A stretch of 47,963 nt of DNA from a bacterium (GCA_049472335.1 JBLIRO010000039.1:1-47963); one strand, 5' to 3'; positions 1 through 10,471 are shown, counted from the stretch's first letter. Notes: a model not told the origin generated them from the sequence alone. Translations and numbers: made by a program.

Positions 1-153
1 TCTATTTTAAATAAGATTTTTAAAATATTTTCTCATCTTTTAGATTTACTTCTTTGGGAACCATATTATAAGGTTTTAAATGGAGTTATAAATCAGGATA
101 GATCATTTATTCATATATAACATCGATATGTTTTAATAAGGGGATTAAGACAG

Positions 154-252
154 ATGTTCAAAAAAATTCAAATGCTTGAAACGCATGAGAAGGTCATTAT
201 CTCTCTTTGTGTTTCCTTTACCTTACTTATTCTATTTCTAATTATCAGATAG
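154..252 (+). CDS. Candidate small membrane peptide (32 aa)
   Basis: Hand translation MFKKIQMLETHEKVIISLCVSFTLLILFLIIR*; AAGGGG upstream; hydrophobic C-terminal half; below the ORF-track cutoff. Confidence 0.3.
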   Translation: MFKKIQMLETHEKVIISLCVSFTLLILFLIIR

Positions 253-598
253 ATTTTTTGATCTTTTTATAACAATATCTGATGTTAAGTTAAAGATATC
301 CCTACTAAATGGAGCGGATAATATAATAATACCTATACTCTTACCCTGTTTGAGATACTCCGGAAGACTGCCAATTCTCGTTTTGTAATTTATCGGACAG
401 CATTAATTAACAGGTTAACGCCCGGATACTCAAAGCTTCAAGTCCATAAGGTTGTTGTAGACCGTAATCTTTATACGCCTTTCTTATTTTTTATGAATTG
501 ATGACAAAGGACTTTCATAAGTGTAAAAAATTTTTACATGAGCATATAAAAAAACGTGCATTCTTAACAGCGAAAATGTCAGAAATTAAGAAAACAAA

Positions 599-3301
599 TC
601 ATGCTTCAGGTCCAGTGAAGGCATATAGAATGAAGTCAATCTCATTTATCATATTCTCAATGGATTCTTTGATTTCAGAAGATTTTAATTCCTGTTTATA
701 GATCAGGGCCTTGCTTAGATTGGTTCTTGCCTTTTCCAGTTCTCCCAAATCAAGATAGACTTTGCCTAGTTCATAATACAATTTCCCCTTATTTATTGAA
801 TTGATTATGGCCTCTTCATATGCTGAAGAGATTTCAGGATAGAGAAGATTCTGGTTCGGTCTCAGCTCTAATCCTAAGCTGCATTCCTTGATTGCTGATT
901 TTATCAGGGTTATTTTTAATGATTTTTCAGACGGGGGATTGTCTGTTCCCAATTTCGCATAGCAGGCGCTCAACAGGAAATGGAATGGGGCGTATCGCTC
1001 CAATATACTTGAATTAAGCGGCTCCAGTATTTCTATTGCTTTTTCATAGAATCCGAGCTGATAATAAGCCTCCGCCAGAAGGTAAGAGGAGCTTATTAGA
1101 TTATCCAGTTTCTCCAAAATCTTTTCTTCTTCAATCGCCTTATCAGGGTTTCCTGTGGCTGCATAAAGTGCTATGAGCCGGGCGGATACCCATGGTAATC
1201 CCGGGTATTTTTTCTTTAACGTTTCGTATTCCTTTATTGCTTCTTTCCATTCCCCCTTTTTCTGCAGACATATGGCAAGATAGTATCCCGGATGCCCAAC
1301 TGGAAGGTTATACCCATAGTATCCCTGTTCATTTTCATCATCCAGTGCCCTGAATTCTTTCATTGCCTCATCATAAAGGCCATTGTCTAATAGAAGATAA
1401 CCAAGATTGAATTTGGCGTACGCATTATCCTTTTTATTAGAAAGAACAACTTCCCAGAATTTTATTCCCTTTTGGCGTTTTTCATGTATATTTCCTAAAA
1501 AACGGTTAGGCACCCGTGTCTGGTTAAAAGGAATTAGATTATAAGACATCTGGAATGCCTTTTTTGCTTTATGGAATGCCTTATTGTTTAGTAGATCATA
1601 CGCGTTAGCCAGGTGAAATCGGGACTCCCGGTTTAAGTGAAGCATGATATCAAAATTTTCCAGTTGGGTGGACGGAAGATTTATAAACCACGAGAAGAAT
1701 AAGAGTAACAGGATCTCTGCCACAAGTAACGCGGAGACCTTAAAAAATTCAGAGTAACTCCAGGGCCTTTCAGGTATCCGCTTGCTTTTAAATATATGTA
1801 AGGTTAGGCTCCAGACGGAGTGGAGAAATTTTGTGATAATTTTAATAACCTCATAGAATGCAAAGGCTGCAAAAGGGATCAAAAAGGGCAGGGCAGGCAG
1901 TCTTTGACGGGAGGTAACGAAGAATAGCAGATTAGATAAAAAGTAGTTTCCAGCCATTGCATACAATAAGAAATTTAGCTTAATCCTGGTTATACAAAGG
2001 AGCATGCCCAGTATAGCAAAGGGGATCACGATGCCGAATTTCAATAATGGGAAAAGATCCATCTCCCAATCCAGATAATAGATTTGTAAGATATCATGGA
2101 TCTCATAACGGCTCCAAAAGTAGCGAATCTTTTTTAGAATTAGTTGTATATAGTTCAAAGGAAATTCTGTTATAAAATTTAGACTTTTTTGAAACCAGAA
2201 GCCGGACGTATTTGCAGGTTCCGTATCGATTTTGGTTGATTTCGTTGAAGTTATTGAATTTAGAATATCTTCATTCTCATGGGATTCTGATCTTTTATCC
2301 GATTCAATTGTTGGCATGGTTTTATATGCAAATTGGCGATACAGTTCATGCGCAAAGTCTGGCTCTTTGTCCGGATTGATATGCGGGTCCATTTCCATCT
2401 CTTTTATAAGATATGGGTGTGTTCCATAAAAACCCTGAGATAAAGGATTATTGCCTTGATAGAATACCTGGCCTGAGCTCATCATAGGTTTTAATATGCT
2501 GCGGGAATATCGATAATTTCTTATCAAGACAGGGGATATGGTTAGACAGAAACCGAGTAAAAACAAAAGCAGAACCACATACAATTGGGTATATTTCTTA
2601 TAATAACAAAAAAAGATCCATAGGATTGTGGCGCAAAAAAAGAAAAGAATATTTGGACGGGTAATAAAGGATAATCCCAGTGTAATACCGGGCAGGAACC
2701 AGATAAGGGTGAGATGCCAGGAAAGTGGATTTTGGACATCTCTTTTTAAAGGAGTGACACTAAATGATTTATATTCGTGAAAAAGATGTTTATCATAACA
2801 ATAAATGAGAAAATAGACGGACAGCAGGTTGAGAAAGATAATTATGGTTACAGGTTCCAATATTAGTTCATATATAATAAAAGGTTTATAAAAGATGGAG
2901 ATCAGGCCGGCAATAACTGCGACTCTAAAATGAAACATGTGGGAGGTTATTTTGTAAATGAGAAGGCAGCTCATGGACCCGATAGCTATTTGAAAGAGCT
3001 TGTAAAAAATATATCTTTCTGAGAAAATTTTATAGAAGATCGTCATTAGATAGGTATACAGGGGACTAAAATCAAGGATCCTGAATCCGGGTAAGGTTTC
3101 ATCTGCCAGTTTTCGGATTATCCATGGATATTTGGGAAAGATGAGGTAATTATAAAAGAACCTGTCGAAGATTTCAGGCCTGAAAGAGGATTTGAAGAGA
3201 AATATACGGACACATACGGCACTGAGCAAAATGATAAAGGCGCACCAATCACAGGTTTCTTTTGAGGTTTTAATTATTCCGTCATCTTCGTTGATTTTCA
3301 T
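599..3301 (-). CDS. GT-C fold (ArnT/PMT_2, GT39-like) membrane glycosyltransferase with C-terminal TPR repeats
   Basis: 900 aa, many TM segments, SPLYTY, ITRPN and RQRLP motifs; TPR-like repeats (AKFNLGYLLLDNGLYDEA, YYELGKVYLDLGELEKA). Confidence 0.8.
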   Translation of the reverse strand: MKINEDDGIIKTSKETCDWCAFIILLSAVCVRIFLFKSSFRPEIFDRFFYNYLIFPKYPWIIRKLADETLPGFRILDFSPLYTYLMTIFYKIFSERYIFYKLFQIAIGSMSCLLIYKITSHMFHFRVAVIAGLISIFYKPFIIYELILEPVTIIIFLNLLSVYFLIYCYDKHLFHEYKSFSVTPLKRDVQNPLSWHLTLIWFLPGITLGLSFITRPNILFFFCATILWIFFCYYKKYTQLYVVLLLFLLGFCLTISPVLIRNYRYSRSILKPMMSSGQVFYQGNNPLSQGFYGTHPYLIKEMEMDPHINPDKEPDFAHELYRQFAYKTMPTIESDKRSESHENEDILNSITSTKSTKIDTEPANTSGFWFQKSLNFITEFPLNYIQLILKKIRYFWSRYEIHDILQIYYLDWEMDLFPLLKFGIVIPFAILGMLLCITRIKLNFLLYAMAGNYFLSNLLFFVTSRQRLPALPFLIPFAAFAFYEVIKIITKFLHSVWSLTLHIFKSKRIPERPWSYSEFFKVSALLVAEILLLLFFSWFINLPSTQLENFDIMLHLNRESRFHLANAYDLLNNKAFHKAKKAFQMSYNLIPFNQTRVPNRFLGNIHEKRQKGIKFWEVVLSNKKDNAYAKFNLGYLLLDNGLYDEAMKEFRALDDENEQGYYGYNLPVGHPGYYLAICLQKKGEWKEAIKEYETLKKKYPGLPWVSARLIALYAATGNPDKAIEEEKILEKLDNLISSSYLLAEAYYQLGFYEKAIEILEPLNSSILERYAPFHFLLSACYAKLGTDNPPSEKSLKITLIKSAIKECSLGLELRPNQNLLYPEISSAYEEAIINSINKGKLYYELGKVYLDLGELEKARTNLSKALIYKQELKSSEIKESIENMINEIDFILYAFTGPEA

Positions 3302-3387
3302 TAATGATCGATTCCTATCATACTATTCGGTCGAATAATAGGTGGAGGCACCATGTATTATAAGGATTTGAATATTTTAACATAGGC

Positions 3388-4398
3388 TTGATAAATATGA
3401 TAATTTATGCCTTTTCATTTCTCCTTTCCTTTTTTTTGTCTCTGTATATTACACCTCGAGTTAGGGAGGTTGCAATCGAGTTGAATATCATTGACATACC
3501 AGACAATAGCTTAAAATGTCACAAAGACCCTATACCCTATATGGGGGGGGTTGCTATCTATATAGCATTTTTGATTACGCTTGTCTTTACCTTTGATTTT
3601 AGTAAAGAGGTGCTCAGCCTTCTTTTGGGCGGCAGTATTGTTCTGATTATAGGAATAGTTGATGATATCAAATCTCTCAGCCCCGGTTTAAAGTTAATAG
3701 GCCAGTCTCTTGCTATTCTTGCACTAATGAAATCGGGCATCAGGATAAAACTGATATTTTTCCCCATATGGATAAGCATTCCTCTTACCTTTTTATGGCT
3801 TCTGGGAATTACCAATGCCTTTAATATTATTGATATTATGGATGGGTTGTCTGGAGGCGTTGCTTTTATAGCTTGTATTTATCTTTTTTTAGTGGCAGGT
3901 TTAAATGGCAGAACCATGATAGCAATAATGACCCTCACCCTTGGCGGCAGCATCCTTGGATTTCTTCGGTGGAATATCCGCCCTGCAATTATCTATCTAG
4001 GGGATGCAGGAAGCCTTTTTATCGGGTTCATGATAGGGGCATTGTCTATGATAGGAAGCTATACAGATAAGAATATGGTGGCAACCCTGGCGCCTATCCT
4101 TATCCTGGGAGTGCCAATCTTTGATACGTTATTTGTCAGCTATATAAGGTTTAGACGCGGCCAGTCCATTTTTTTAGGCAGCAATGATCATTTCGCAATT
4201 CGATTGAGGCATTTGGCTATGAGCCCGTTTCAGGTGGTTTTGCTCTCATACGTGATAGCTCTATTCCTTGGAGGGGCGGGATTTTTAATGCTTTCTCTCT
4301 ACACTGTTGGTGCGATCAATGTCTTTTTGGGGACTTGCGCCCTTCTTCTGCTTGGAGGCTTTCTATTAAAGAAGGTCAGGATTGAAGATGGGAGCTAA
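3388..4398 (+). CDS. MraY/WecA-family undecaprenyl-phosphate HexNAc-1-phosphate transferase
   Basis: PIPYMGG, GIVDDIK, NAFNIIDIMDGL, IYLGDAGS motifs; start may be ATG 3397. Confidence 0.9.
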   Translation: MINMIIYAFSFLLSFFLSLYITPRVREVAIELNIIDIPDNSLKCHKDPIPYMGGVAIYIAFLITLVFTFDFSKEVLSLLLGGSIVLIIGIVDDIKSLSPGLKLIGQSLAILALMKSGIRIKLIFFPIWISIPLTFLWLLGITNAFNIIDIMDGLSGGVAFIACIYLFLVAGLNGRTMIAIMTLTLGGSILGFLRWNIRPAIIYLGDAGSLFIGFMIGALSMIGSYTDKNMVATLAPILILGVPIFDTLFVSYIRFRRGQSIFLGSNDHFAIRLRHLAMSPFQVVLLSYVIALFLGGAGFLMLSLYTVGAINVFLGTCALLLLGGFLLKKVRIEDGS

Positions 4399-5554
4399 AA
4401 AGATCAAGATAATACACATCATCACAAAGCTGGAACTCGGAGGTGCTCAACAAACAACTCTTTACACCCTCTCCCACCTGGATAGGCATCGTTATATGCC
4501 TGTACTTATTTGCGGCCCCGGGGGGATACTTCTTCCGGACGCACGCAAAATAAAAGGATTAAAGATTCATATATGCAATCATCTGGTTAGGCCTGTTTCA
4601 CCATTAAAAGATTTCCTGGCATTGATTACACTCTGGAGAATCCTTAGAAAAGAGAGAAAGGATTACAAAGGGCCGATACAGATTCATACTCATAGCTCAA
4701 AGGCGGGGATTATAGGAAGATGGGCTGCTTTTCTCGCCGGCATACCCATCCGCATCCATACTGTGCATGGTTTCGGTATAAATCCCTATCAGCCTTTTTT
4801 ATTGAGATGGCTTTTTATCCTGGCAGAAGGGCTGACAGGTTTTATAACAACTTCTATGATCTATGTTTCACAGGATAATCTGCAAAAAGGAATCAAGATG
4901 GGCTTTTCTAAACAAAAAAATTCTCTTATAATCAGAAGCGGTATAGATTGGTGCAAATTTTCCGGGACAAAGGGTGATAGGATTTCTTTGAGAAAAGAGC
5001 TTAATATCCCTGTTAACAGCAAACTTGTAGGAATGATTGCATGTTTTAAGCCTCAAAAATCTCCCCTGGATTTTATTCGGATGGCTTATTTGGTAACTCA
5101 AAAATTGCCTGACACGCATTTTGTTCTGATTGGCGATGGTATACTCAGGGCTGAGATAGAGAGTATGGTTGCAGAATTAGGGCTTCATAGAAACATGCAC
5201 CTAACGGGATGGCGCAGGGATATTGCGGACTCAATCAGCGCTATGGATATAATGACTCTAACCTCGTTATGGGAAGGGCTTCCGAAGGTAGTTGTCGAGG
5301 CCCAGTTGATGGGGGTCCCTGTCATTTCAACACAGGTATCCGGTGTAGAAGAGATTATAAAGGATAATATTTCAGGATTTATTGTTCCTCCGGGCAAATC
5401 CGACATCATGGCCCAAAAGGTCATTGAATTGCTTCAACAACCTGAAGTTATCAGAAGCATGGGGATTGAAGCCAGATCCGTGTCCAGGGATTTTGATCTG
5501 TACAGAGGCGTATTGAAACAGGATAATCTTTACCGGAGTTTGATAAAAGAATAA
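4382..5554 (+). CDS. Glycosyltransferase family 4 (GT-B)
   Basis: LELGGAQ, HTHSSKAG, SLWEGLPKVVVEA (EX7E); likely start ATG 4388. Confidence 0.9.
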   Translation: MKMGAKKIKIIHIITKLELGGAQQTTLYTLSHLDRHRYMPVLICGPGGILLPDARKIKGLKIHICNHLVRPVSPLKDFLALITLWRILRKERKDYKGPIQIHTHSSKAGIIGRWAAFLAGIPIRIHTVHGFGINPYQPFLLRWLFILAEGLTGFITTSMIYVSQDNLQKGIKMGFSKQKNSLIIRSGIDWCKFSGTKGDRISLRKELNIPVNSKLVGMIACFKPQKSPLDFIRMAYLVTQKLPDTHFVLIGDGILRAEIESMVAELGLHRNMHLTGWRRDIADSISAMDIMTLTSLWEGLPKVVVEAQLMGVPVISTQVSGVEEIIKDNISGFIVPPGKSDIMAQKVIELLQQPEVIRSMGIEARSVSRDFDLYRGVLKQDNLYRSLIKE

Positions 5555-5571
5555 AATTTCATAATAATCTA

Positions 5572-5601
5572 TTGCAAATCTATTCTTTTTAGTGCTATTA
5601 T
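5572..5601 (+). promoter_or_regulatory. Putative sigma70 promoter for the ABC operon
   Basis: TTGCAA-18 bp-TATTAT with TG extended -10. Confidence 0.5.
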
Positions 5602-5624
5602 CATAATTAAAACAGGATGATACA

Positions 5625-6563
5625 ATGAGCATTATAAAGATCGAGGGCCTTACCAAAACATATAGAACAGGATTTTGGAGAAGAAAAAAAATGGCCCTGG
5701 AAAAATTGAATCTCGTTGTCGAACAAGGTGAAACATTTGGATATCTCGGTCCAAACGGAGCGGGAAAGACCACCACACTAAAGATTCTCCTTGGAATTAT
5801 TCAGCCGGATTCAGGGTACGCTACAATTTTGGACCATCCTATTGATGATGTATCATTAAAATCGAAAATAGGTTTTCTGCCCGAACAACCATACTTTTAT
5901 GATTATCTTACCGGAAAGGAGCTTCTGGAATTCTATGCTCATTTCTTTTCCCTTGGCAGGTCGGAAAGAAAGAGAAGAATCGCGGATCTTCTGGAGATGG
6001 TTTCTCTTATAGGCGCAGAAAAAATGGCACTTCGGAAGTACTCAAAGGGTATGCTTCAAAGGATTGGTATAGCGCAGGCCCTGATCAATGACCCTGAAAT
6101 AATTTTTTTGGATGAACCTCTTTCAGGCCTCGACCCTCTGGGACGTAAAGAAGTCAGAGATATCGTCCTGAGATTGAAAGGGGAGGGGAAAACCATCTTT
6201 TTTTGTTCCCATATTCTGCCTGATGTGGAGATGATTTGTGACCGGATAGGGATACTAAACAAAGGTCGGTTGATAGCTGTAGGCAACCTGGATGAATTGC
6301 TTCAATTGGAAGCAAAAGGCATTGAAATAGAATTCAGCGGTGTTTCTGAAGAGGGTATGAAAAGGATAAAGAAAGAGGCAGTAAGGTACCTGGAACAGGC
6401 ACAGAGAAAACAGATCACCCTTGATGAGGAAAATAAAGTTATGTCCACAATCAAACTGATTGATCAATATGGTGGAAAGGTCTTGAATGTGATTCCGCAC
6501 CGGCGCAGTCTGGAAGAAATCTTTGTGAGCAGTTTAGGCTCGGAAGGCGGGAAGGCCCAATGA
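5625..6563 (+). CDS. ABC transporter ATP-binding protein
   Basis: Walker A GPNGAGKTT, signature YSKGMLQR, Walker B IFLDEP. Confidence 0.92.
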   Translation: MSIIKIEGLTKTYRTGFWRRKKMALEKLNLVVEQGETFGYLGPNGAGKTTTLKILLGIIQPDSGYATILDHPIDDVSLKSKIGFLPEQPYFYDYLTGKELLEFYAHFFSLGRSERKRRIADLLEMVSLIGAEKMALRKYSKGMLQRIGIAQALINDPEIIFLDEPLSGLDPLGRKEVRDIVLRLKGEGKTIFFCSHILPDVEMICDRIGILNKGRLIAVGNLDELLQLEAKGIEIEFSGVSEEGMKRIKKEAVRYLEQAQRKQITLDEENKVMSTIKLIDQYGGKVLNVIPHRRSLEEIFVSSLGSEGGKAQ

Positions 6564-7324
6564 AATGGCTTGCAGTGGCATTAAACACCTTTAGAGAGGC
6601 AATCAGGAATCATATACTCTACAATCTGCTCATTTTTGCCCTTCTTATCATTGGCGGGTCCACGATTATAGGCAACCTGACAATCGGACAAGGTGATAAG
6701 GTCATTACGGATATAGGCCTTGCTTCTATTTCTATTTTCGGTGTGCTAATTTCTATTTTTGTAGGAATAGGTCTTATTTATAAAGAGATTGATAAAAAGA
6801 CAATCTATAATATTTTATCAAAACCAATAAGAAAATCCGAGTTTATTTTGGGCAAATATATGGGGCTTTTGATGACACTTGGGATTAATGTCTTACTCAT
6901 GACTTCCGGATTGTTAATTACTCTATATTATATGAGCGGGGCTTTTGCCTGGCATATACTCCCAGCGATTTTACTGATATTTTTTGAGTTGATGATAGTT
7001 ACTTCAGTTGCGCTCCTTTTTTCCACTTTTTCTACACCTACTTTAAGCACAATATTTACACTGGCCATTTATGTAATCGGCCATCTTACGGAGGATCTAG
7101 TTCGATTGGCAAGGAATACCGAGTCCGTGCTTATTAAGGTCATTACAAAATCCCTATATTACGCCCTTCCGAATTTGGAAAATTTCAACATTAAAACTCA
7201 AGTAGTATATAATCTCTCGATTAACCCGGGATATTATTTAATAGTTTTTTCTTATGGTTTCCTATATCTCGCCTTTATAGTTACTATTACTCTTTTTATA
7301 TTTGCAAGAAGAAATTTTAACTGA
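6560..7324 (+). CDS. ABC-2 type permease (resembles PilI/XapC-type pilus-associated permeases)
   Basis: About 6 TM; NTFREAIR and KEIDKKTIYNILSKPI motifs; 4-bp overlap with the ATPase. Confidence 0.8.
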   Translation: MKWLAVALNTFREAIRNHILYNLLIFALLIIGGSTIIGNLTIGQGDKVITDIGLASISIFGVLISIFVGIGLIYKEIDKKTIYNILSKPIRKSEFILGKYMGLLMTLGINVLLMTSGLLITLYYMSGAFAWHILPAILLIFFELMIVTSVALLFSTFSTPTLSTIFTLAIYVIGHLTEDLVRLARNTESVLIKVITKSLYYALPNLENFNIKTQVVYNLSINPGYYLIVFSYGFLYLAFIVTITLFIFARRNFN

Positions 7325-7482
7325 GTCATTAAAAAGAATCCATATGTCATGGTCAGAATCGAATTTAATAAACAAATCAGTTTAACCCGGATCCTGCATT
7401 TGAGATTGTGATATTGATCTGATTTCAATTCGTAATGGATTTCAGATACATTATTTGGGTTTAAGGAAGGAGGCATTTCTTA

Positions 7483-7511
7483 TTGACACAAATTAGGTTT
7501 TTCATTAAAAT
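7483..7511 (+). promoter_or_regulatory. sigma70 promoter of the yceD-rpmF-plsX-fab operon
   Basis: TTGACA-17 bp-TAAAAT. Confidence 0.7.
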
Positions 7512-7580
7512 AGATGATTCAATTTAAAAGAATCGAAACCATTTTTATTTGGATTAATATGAAATTTTGGTTAGAGGACA

Positions 7581-8099
7581 ATGAAGATTCTAATTGATGA
7601 TATCCCTGAGAAGGGAGTAGATTTAAGGATAACAGATACAATAAAAGGTCTTGATTCTAATGGAGAAAATATAATTCTTAAGGAGCCGGTGACCCTTAAA
7701 GCGAATGTAAAGCGTGTCGGATCGAAAATTTTGGTGAAAGGGGTTATCAAGACTTTGGTTCAGTTGGAGTGTGGCAGGTGTTTAGAAGACTTTCTTTATC
7801 ACGTAGATGAAGATTTCACAGCTACATTTTTACCTGCTGAACAGAGGCCGAAAGAACCTGATTTGGAATTGGATTCTGAAGACCTGGATGTAAGTTTTTA
7901 TGAAGGTAAAATAATTGATCTTAGTGAGTTGGTAAGAGAAGAGATACTTCTTGCCATCCCGATGAATCCTCTTTGCAGAGTCAACTGTAGGGGAGTCTGC
8001 CCGGAATGCGGAAAAAATCTGAACGAAGGTAAATGCTACTGTTCCGGTTCGGATTTTCGCTGGTCAAAATCGAGAAAATCTGAGGATGATTATAAATAA
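7581..8099 (+). CDS. yceD: YceD/DUF177 family protein
   Basis: ECGRCL, EEILLAIPMNPLCRVNCRGVCPECGKNLN; directly upstream of rpmF. Confidence 0.9.
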   Translation: MKILIDDIPEKGVDLRITDTIKGLDSNGENIILKEPVTLKANVKRVGSKILVKGVIKTLVQLECGRCLEDFLYHVDEDFTATFLPAEQRPKEPDLELDSEDLDVSFYEGKIIDLSELVREEILLAIPMNPLCRVNCRGVCPECGKNLNEGKCYCSGSDFRWSKSRKSEDDYK

Positions 8100-8111
8100 A
8101 CGGAGGTAAAA

Positions 8112-8300
8112 ATGGCAAATCCCAAGAGAAAGATATCAAAATCACGCCGGGACAAACGCAGAAGTCATTGGGCTCTGAAAGCTCCCTCATTTTCAGCATG
8201 TCCGGAGTGTCAGGAACCAAAACTTCCTCATCGATTGTGTATGAACTGCGGATATTATAAAAACGAAATGATCCTGGAAATAGAAGAAGAAAAGGATTAA
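8112..8300 (+). CDS. rpmF: 50S ribosomal protein L32 (Zn-ribbon type)
   Basis: MANPKRKISKSRRDKRRSH, CPEC...PHRLCMNCGYY. Confidence 0.97.
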   Translation: MANPKRKISKSRRDKRRSHWALKAPSFSACPECQEPKLPHRLCMNCGYYKNEMILEIEEEKD

Positions 8301-8321
8301 TCTTAGCCCGGGTATCGATCG

Positions 8322-9356
8322 ATGAAGATTGCTATAGATGCAATGGGAGGGGACATAGGCCCTAAAGTAACTGTTACTGCCGCAATAAATGCTGCCAGGG
8401 AATATCGGCTGTCACTTGTTCTGGTCGGTCAGGAAGATGTATTGTTATCCGAATTATCTAAACATGACACCGCTGATTTGGAGTTGATAATCAAAGATGC
8501 ATCTCAGATTGTAAGTATGGATGATTTACCATCTTCAGCCATAAGGCAGAAAAAGAATTCATCTATAAGGGTTGCCGCCGAGCTGGTCAAATCCGGAGAA
8601 GCAGATGGAATGGTTAGTGCGGGAAACACCGGGGTTGTTATGGCTACCGCTAAAATCTTTTTTAAGGCCTTAGAGGGTGTTGACAGACCTGCAATTGCGA
8701 CAGTTATTCCTACTATTAAGGGTGTATGTCTTCTTTTGGATGTGGGGGCAAATGTGGATTGTAAACCCCGGCATCTCCTTCAATTTGCCGTTATGGGTCA
8801 TGCTTATGCCCAGCAGGTTCTCCATATAACCAAACCCAGAATAGGTGTTCTTAGTATTGGATCCGAGGATTCAAAGGGGAATGAACAATCCAGGATGGCA
8901 TTGAGTCTGATCAGAGAGCTATCTTTCAATTGTATCGGCAATGTTGAAGGCAGGGATATTTTCAGAGGTGAAGTGGATGTAGTGATCACGGATGGTTTTG
9001 TTGGAAATGTGGCCCTAAAGGTTGCCGAAGGTGTTGAAGAGATGATAACTGCCTTAATACGTCAGGAAATCAAGAAGAGTCTATTGGCAAGATTGGGTTT
9101 TCCCCTTATGTCTCGAGCATTTAAGAATCTGAAAAAAAGGGTGGATTACGCTGAATACGGGGGCGCGCCCCTTTTAGGATTAAATAAGGTCTGCATAATT
9201 TCTCATGGAATGTCAGGCTCGAAGGCAATCAAAAACGCCATACGGATTGCGTCAGAGTATATAACAAAGGATGTAAATTCTCAGATTATTCGTGATATTC
9301 TCGCTATAAAGAATTTGACGGAACATAAGGAAGTTACATTAGGAGAGGCTTGTTGA
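8322..9356 (+). CDS. plsX: Phosphate acyltransferase PlsX
   Basis: IAIDAMGGD, SAGNTG, LDVGANVD, DGFVGNVALK, GGAPLLG. Confidence 0.97.
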   Translation: MKIAIDAMGGDIGPKVTVTAAINAAREYRLSLVLVGQEDVLLSELSKHDTADLELIIKDASQIVSMDDLPSSAIRQKKNSSIRVAAELVKSGEADGMVSAGNTGVVMATAKIFFKALEGVDRPAIATVIPTIKGVCLLLDVGANVDCKPRHLLQFAVMGHAYAQQVLHITKPRIGVLSIGSEDSKGNEQSRMALSLIRELSFNCIGNVEGRDIFRGEVDVVITDGFVGNVALKVAEGVEEMITALIRQEIKKSLLARLGFPLMSRAFKNLKKRVDYAEYGGAPLLGLNKVCIISHGMSGSKAIKNAIRIASEYITKDVNSQIIRDILAIKNLTEHKEVTLGEAC

Positions 9357-10354
9357 ATTTCCAGGAAAAAGGGAATGGAGGAGCATTTATATCCGGGATC
9401 GGGGGTTACCTGCCTGACAATATCCTTACCAATCACGATTTGGAAAAGATGGTGGATACCTCTGATGAGTGGATTCGGGCCAGGACAGGTATTATTGAAA
9501 GGAGAATAGCTTCCTCGCACTGCGCGACATCAGATATAGCTACTGAGGCCTCTATTATGGCCATCAATGATGCAGGCATTACTCCCCGGCAGATCGACAT
9601 GATTATATGTGCGACAGTTACTCCAGATAATTTTTTTCCATCGACGGCTTGTCTTATTCAGAGGAATTTGGGAAACCATAAGGCAGCCGCGTTTGATGTC
9701 AGCGCTGCATGTTCGGGGTTCCTTTATGCGCTTTCCCTGGCTGATTTGTTTGTAAGATCGAAGACCTATGAACATGTATTGGTTATCGGAGCAGAAACCC
9801 TTTCAAAATTCACGGATTGGAAAGACAGAACTACTTGTGTCCTTTTCGGAGATGGCGCCGGAGCTGTTGTAGTCAGCCCTTCTGAGACTGAGAGCCGGAT
9901 ACTTTCTGTTCATTTGTTCGCTGATGGCAGATTTTCAGATCTTTTGGGGATTCCGGGCGGAGGGTCCAGGTTCCCCTGTACCCATGAAACAGTTAAAAAA
10001 AGGCTTCATTATATTAGAATGAAAGGCAATGAGACATTCAAGATAGCTGTCAAGTCAATGGTTGCCGCCTCCAACATAGCTTTGGAGAAAAATGAAATAT
10101 CCGCGAACAATATAGATCTTTTTGTATCTCATCAGGCTAATAACAGGATCATCCAGGCAGCCGCTCAAAGATTAGGGGTTCCTGATGACAGGGTGCTTAT
10201 CAGCCTTGACCGGTTCGGAAATACATCTGCGGCCAGTATACCGACAGCCTTATGGGATGCGGCTCAACAGGGAAAATTGAAAAGAGGAAATATGATTTTG
10301 CTGACAGCCTTTGGAGGGGGATTGACCTGGGGATCTTCTCTGATTAGATGGTAA
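9350..10354 (+). CDS. fabH: Beta-ketoacyl-ACP synthase III
   Basis: AACSGF (Cys), SHQAN (His), GNTSAAS (Asn), FGGGLTWG. Confidence 0.97.
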   Translation: MLNFQEKGNGGAFISGIGGYLPDNILTNHDLEKMVDTSDEWIRARTGIIERRIASSHCATSDIATEASIMAINDAGITPRQIDMIICATVTPDNFFPSTACLIQRNLGNHKAAAFDVSAACSGFLYALSLADLFVRSKTYEHVLVIGAETLSKFTDWKDRTTCVLFGDGAGAVVVSPSETESRILSVHLFADGRFSDLLGIPGGGSRFPCTHETVKKRLHYIRMKGNETFKIAVKSMVAASNIALEKNEISANNIDLFVSHQANNRIIQAAAQRLGVPDDRVLISLDRFGNTSAASIPTALWDAAQQGKLKRGNMILLTAFGGGLTWGSSLIRW

Positions 10355-10370
10355 TGGTTAGGATGTTTGG

Positions 10371-10447
10371 AGTACCTAAAGTAAAAAAAGTGCCTAAAGT
10401 GTCAAGTACCTAAAGACAAAAAAGAAGTGCTTTAAAGTACCTAAGGT
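10371..10447 (+). repeat. Five imperfect copies of AGT(A/G)CCTAAAGT
   Basis: Copies begin at 10371, 10389, 10405, 10426 and 10436 in the fabH-acd spacer. Confidence 0.75.
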
Positions 10448-10471
10448 TAAAAAAGAAAGGAAAGGTGTGTC

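Noticed and set aside
10371..10447. Possible mini-CRISPR array
   Set aside because: Repeats are only 12-13 bp and imperfect, spacers are under 10 bp, and no cas genes are present
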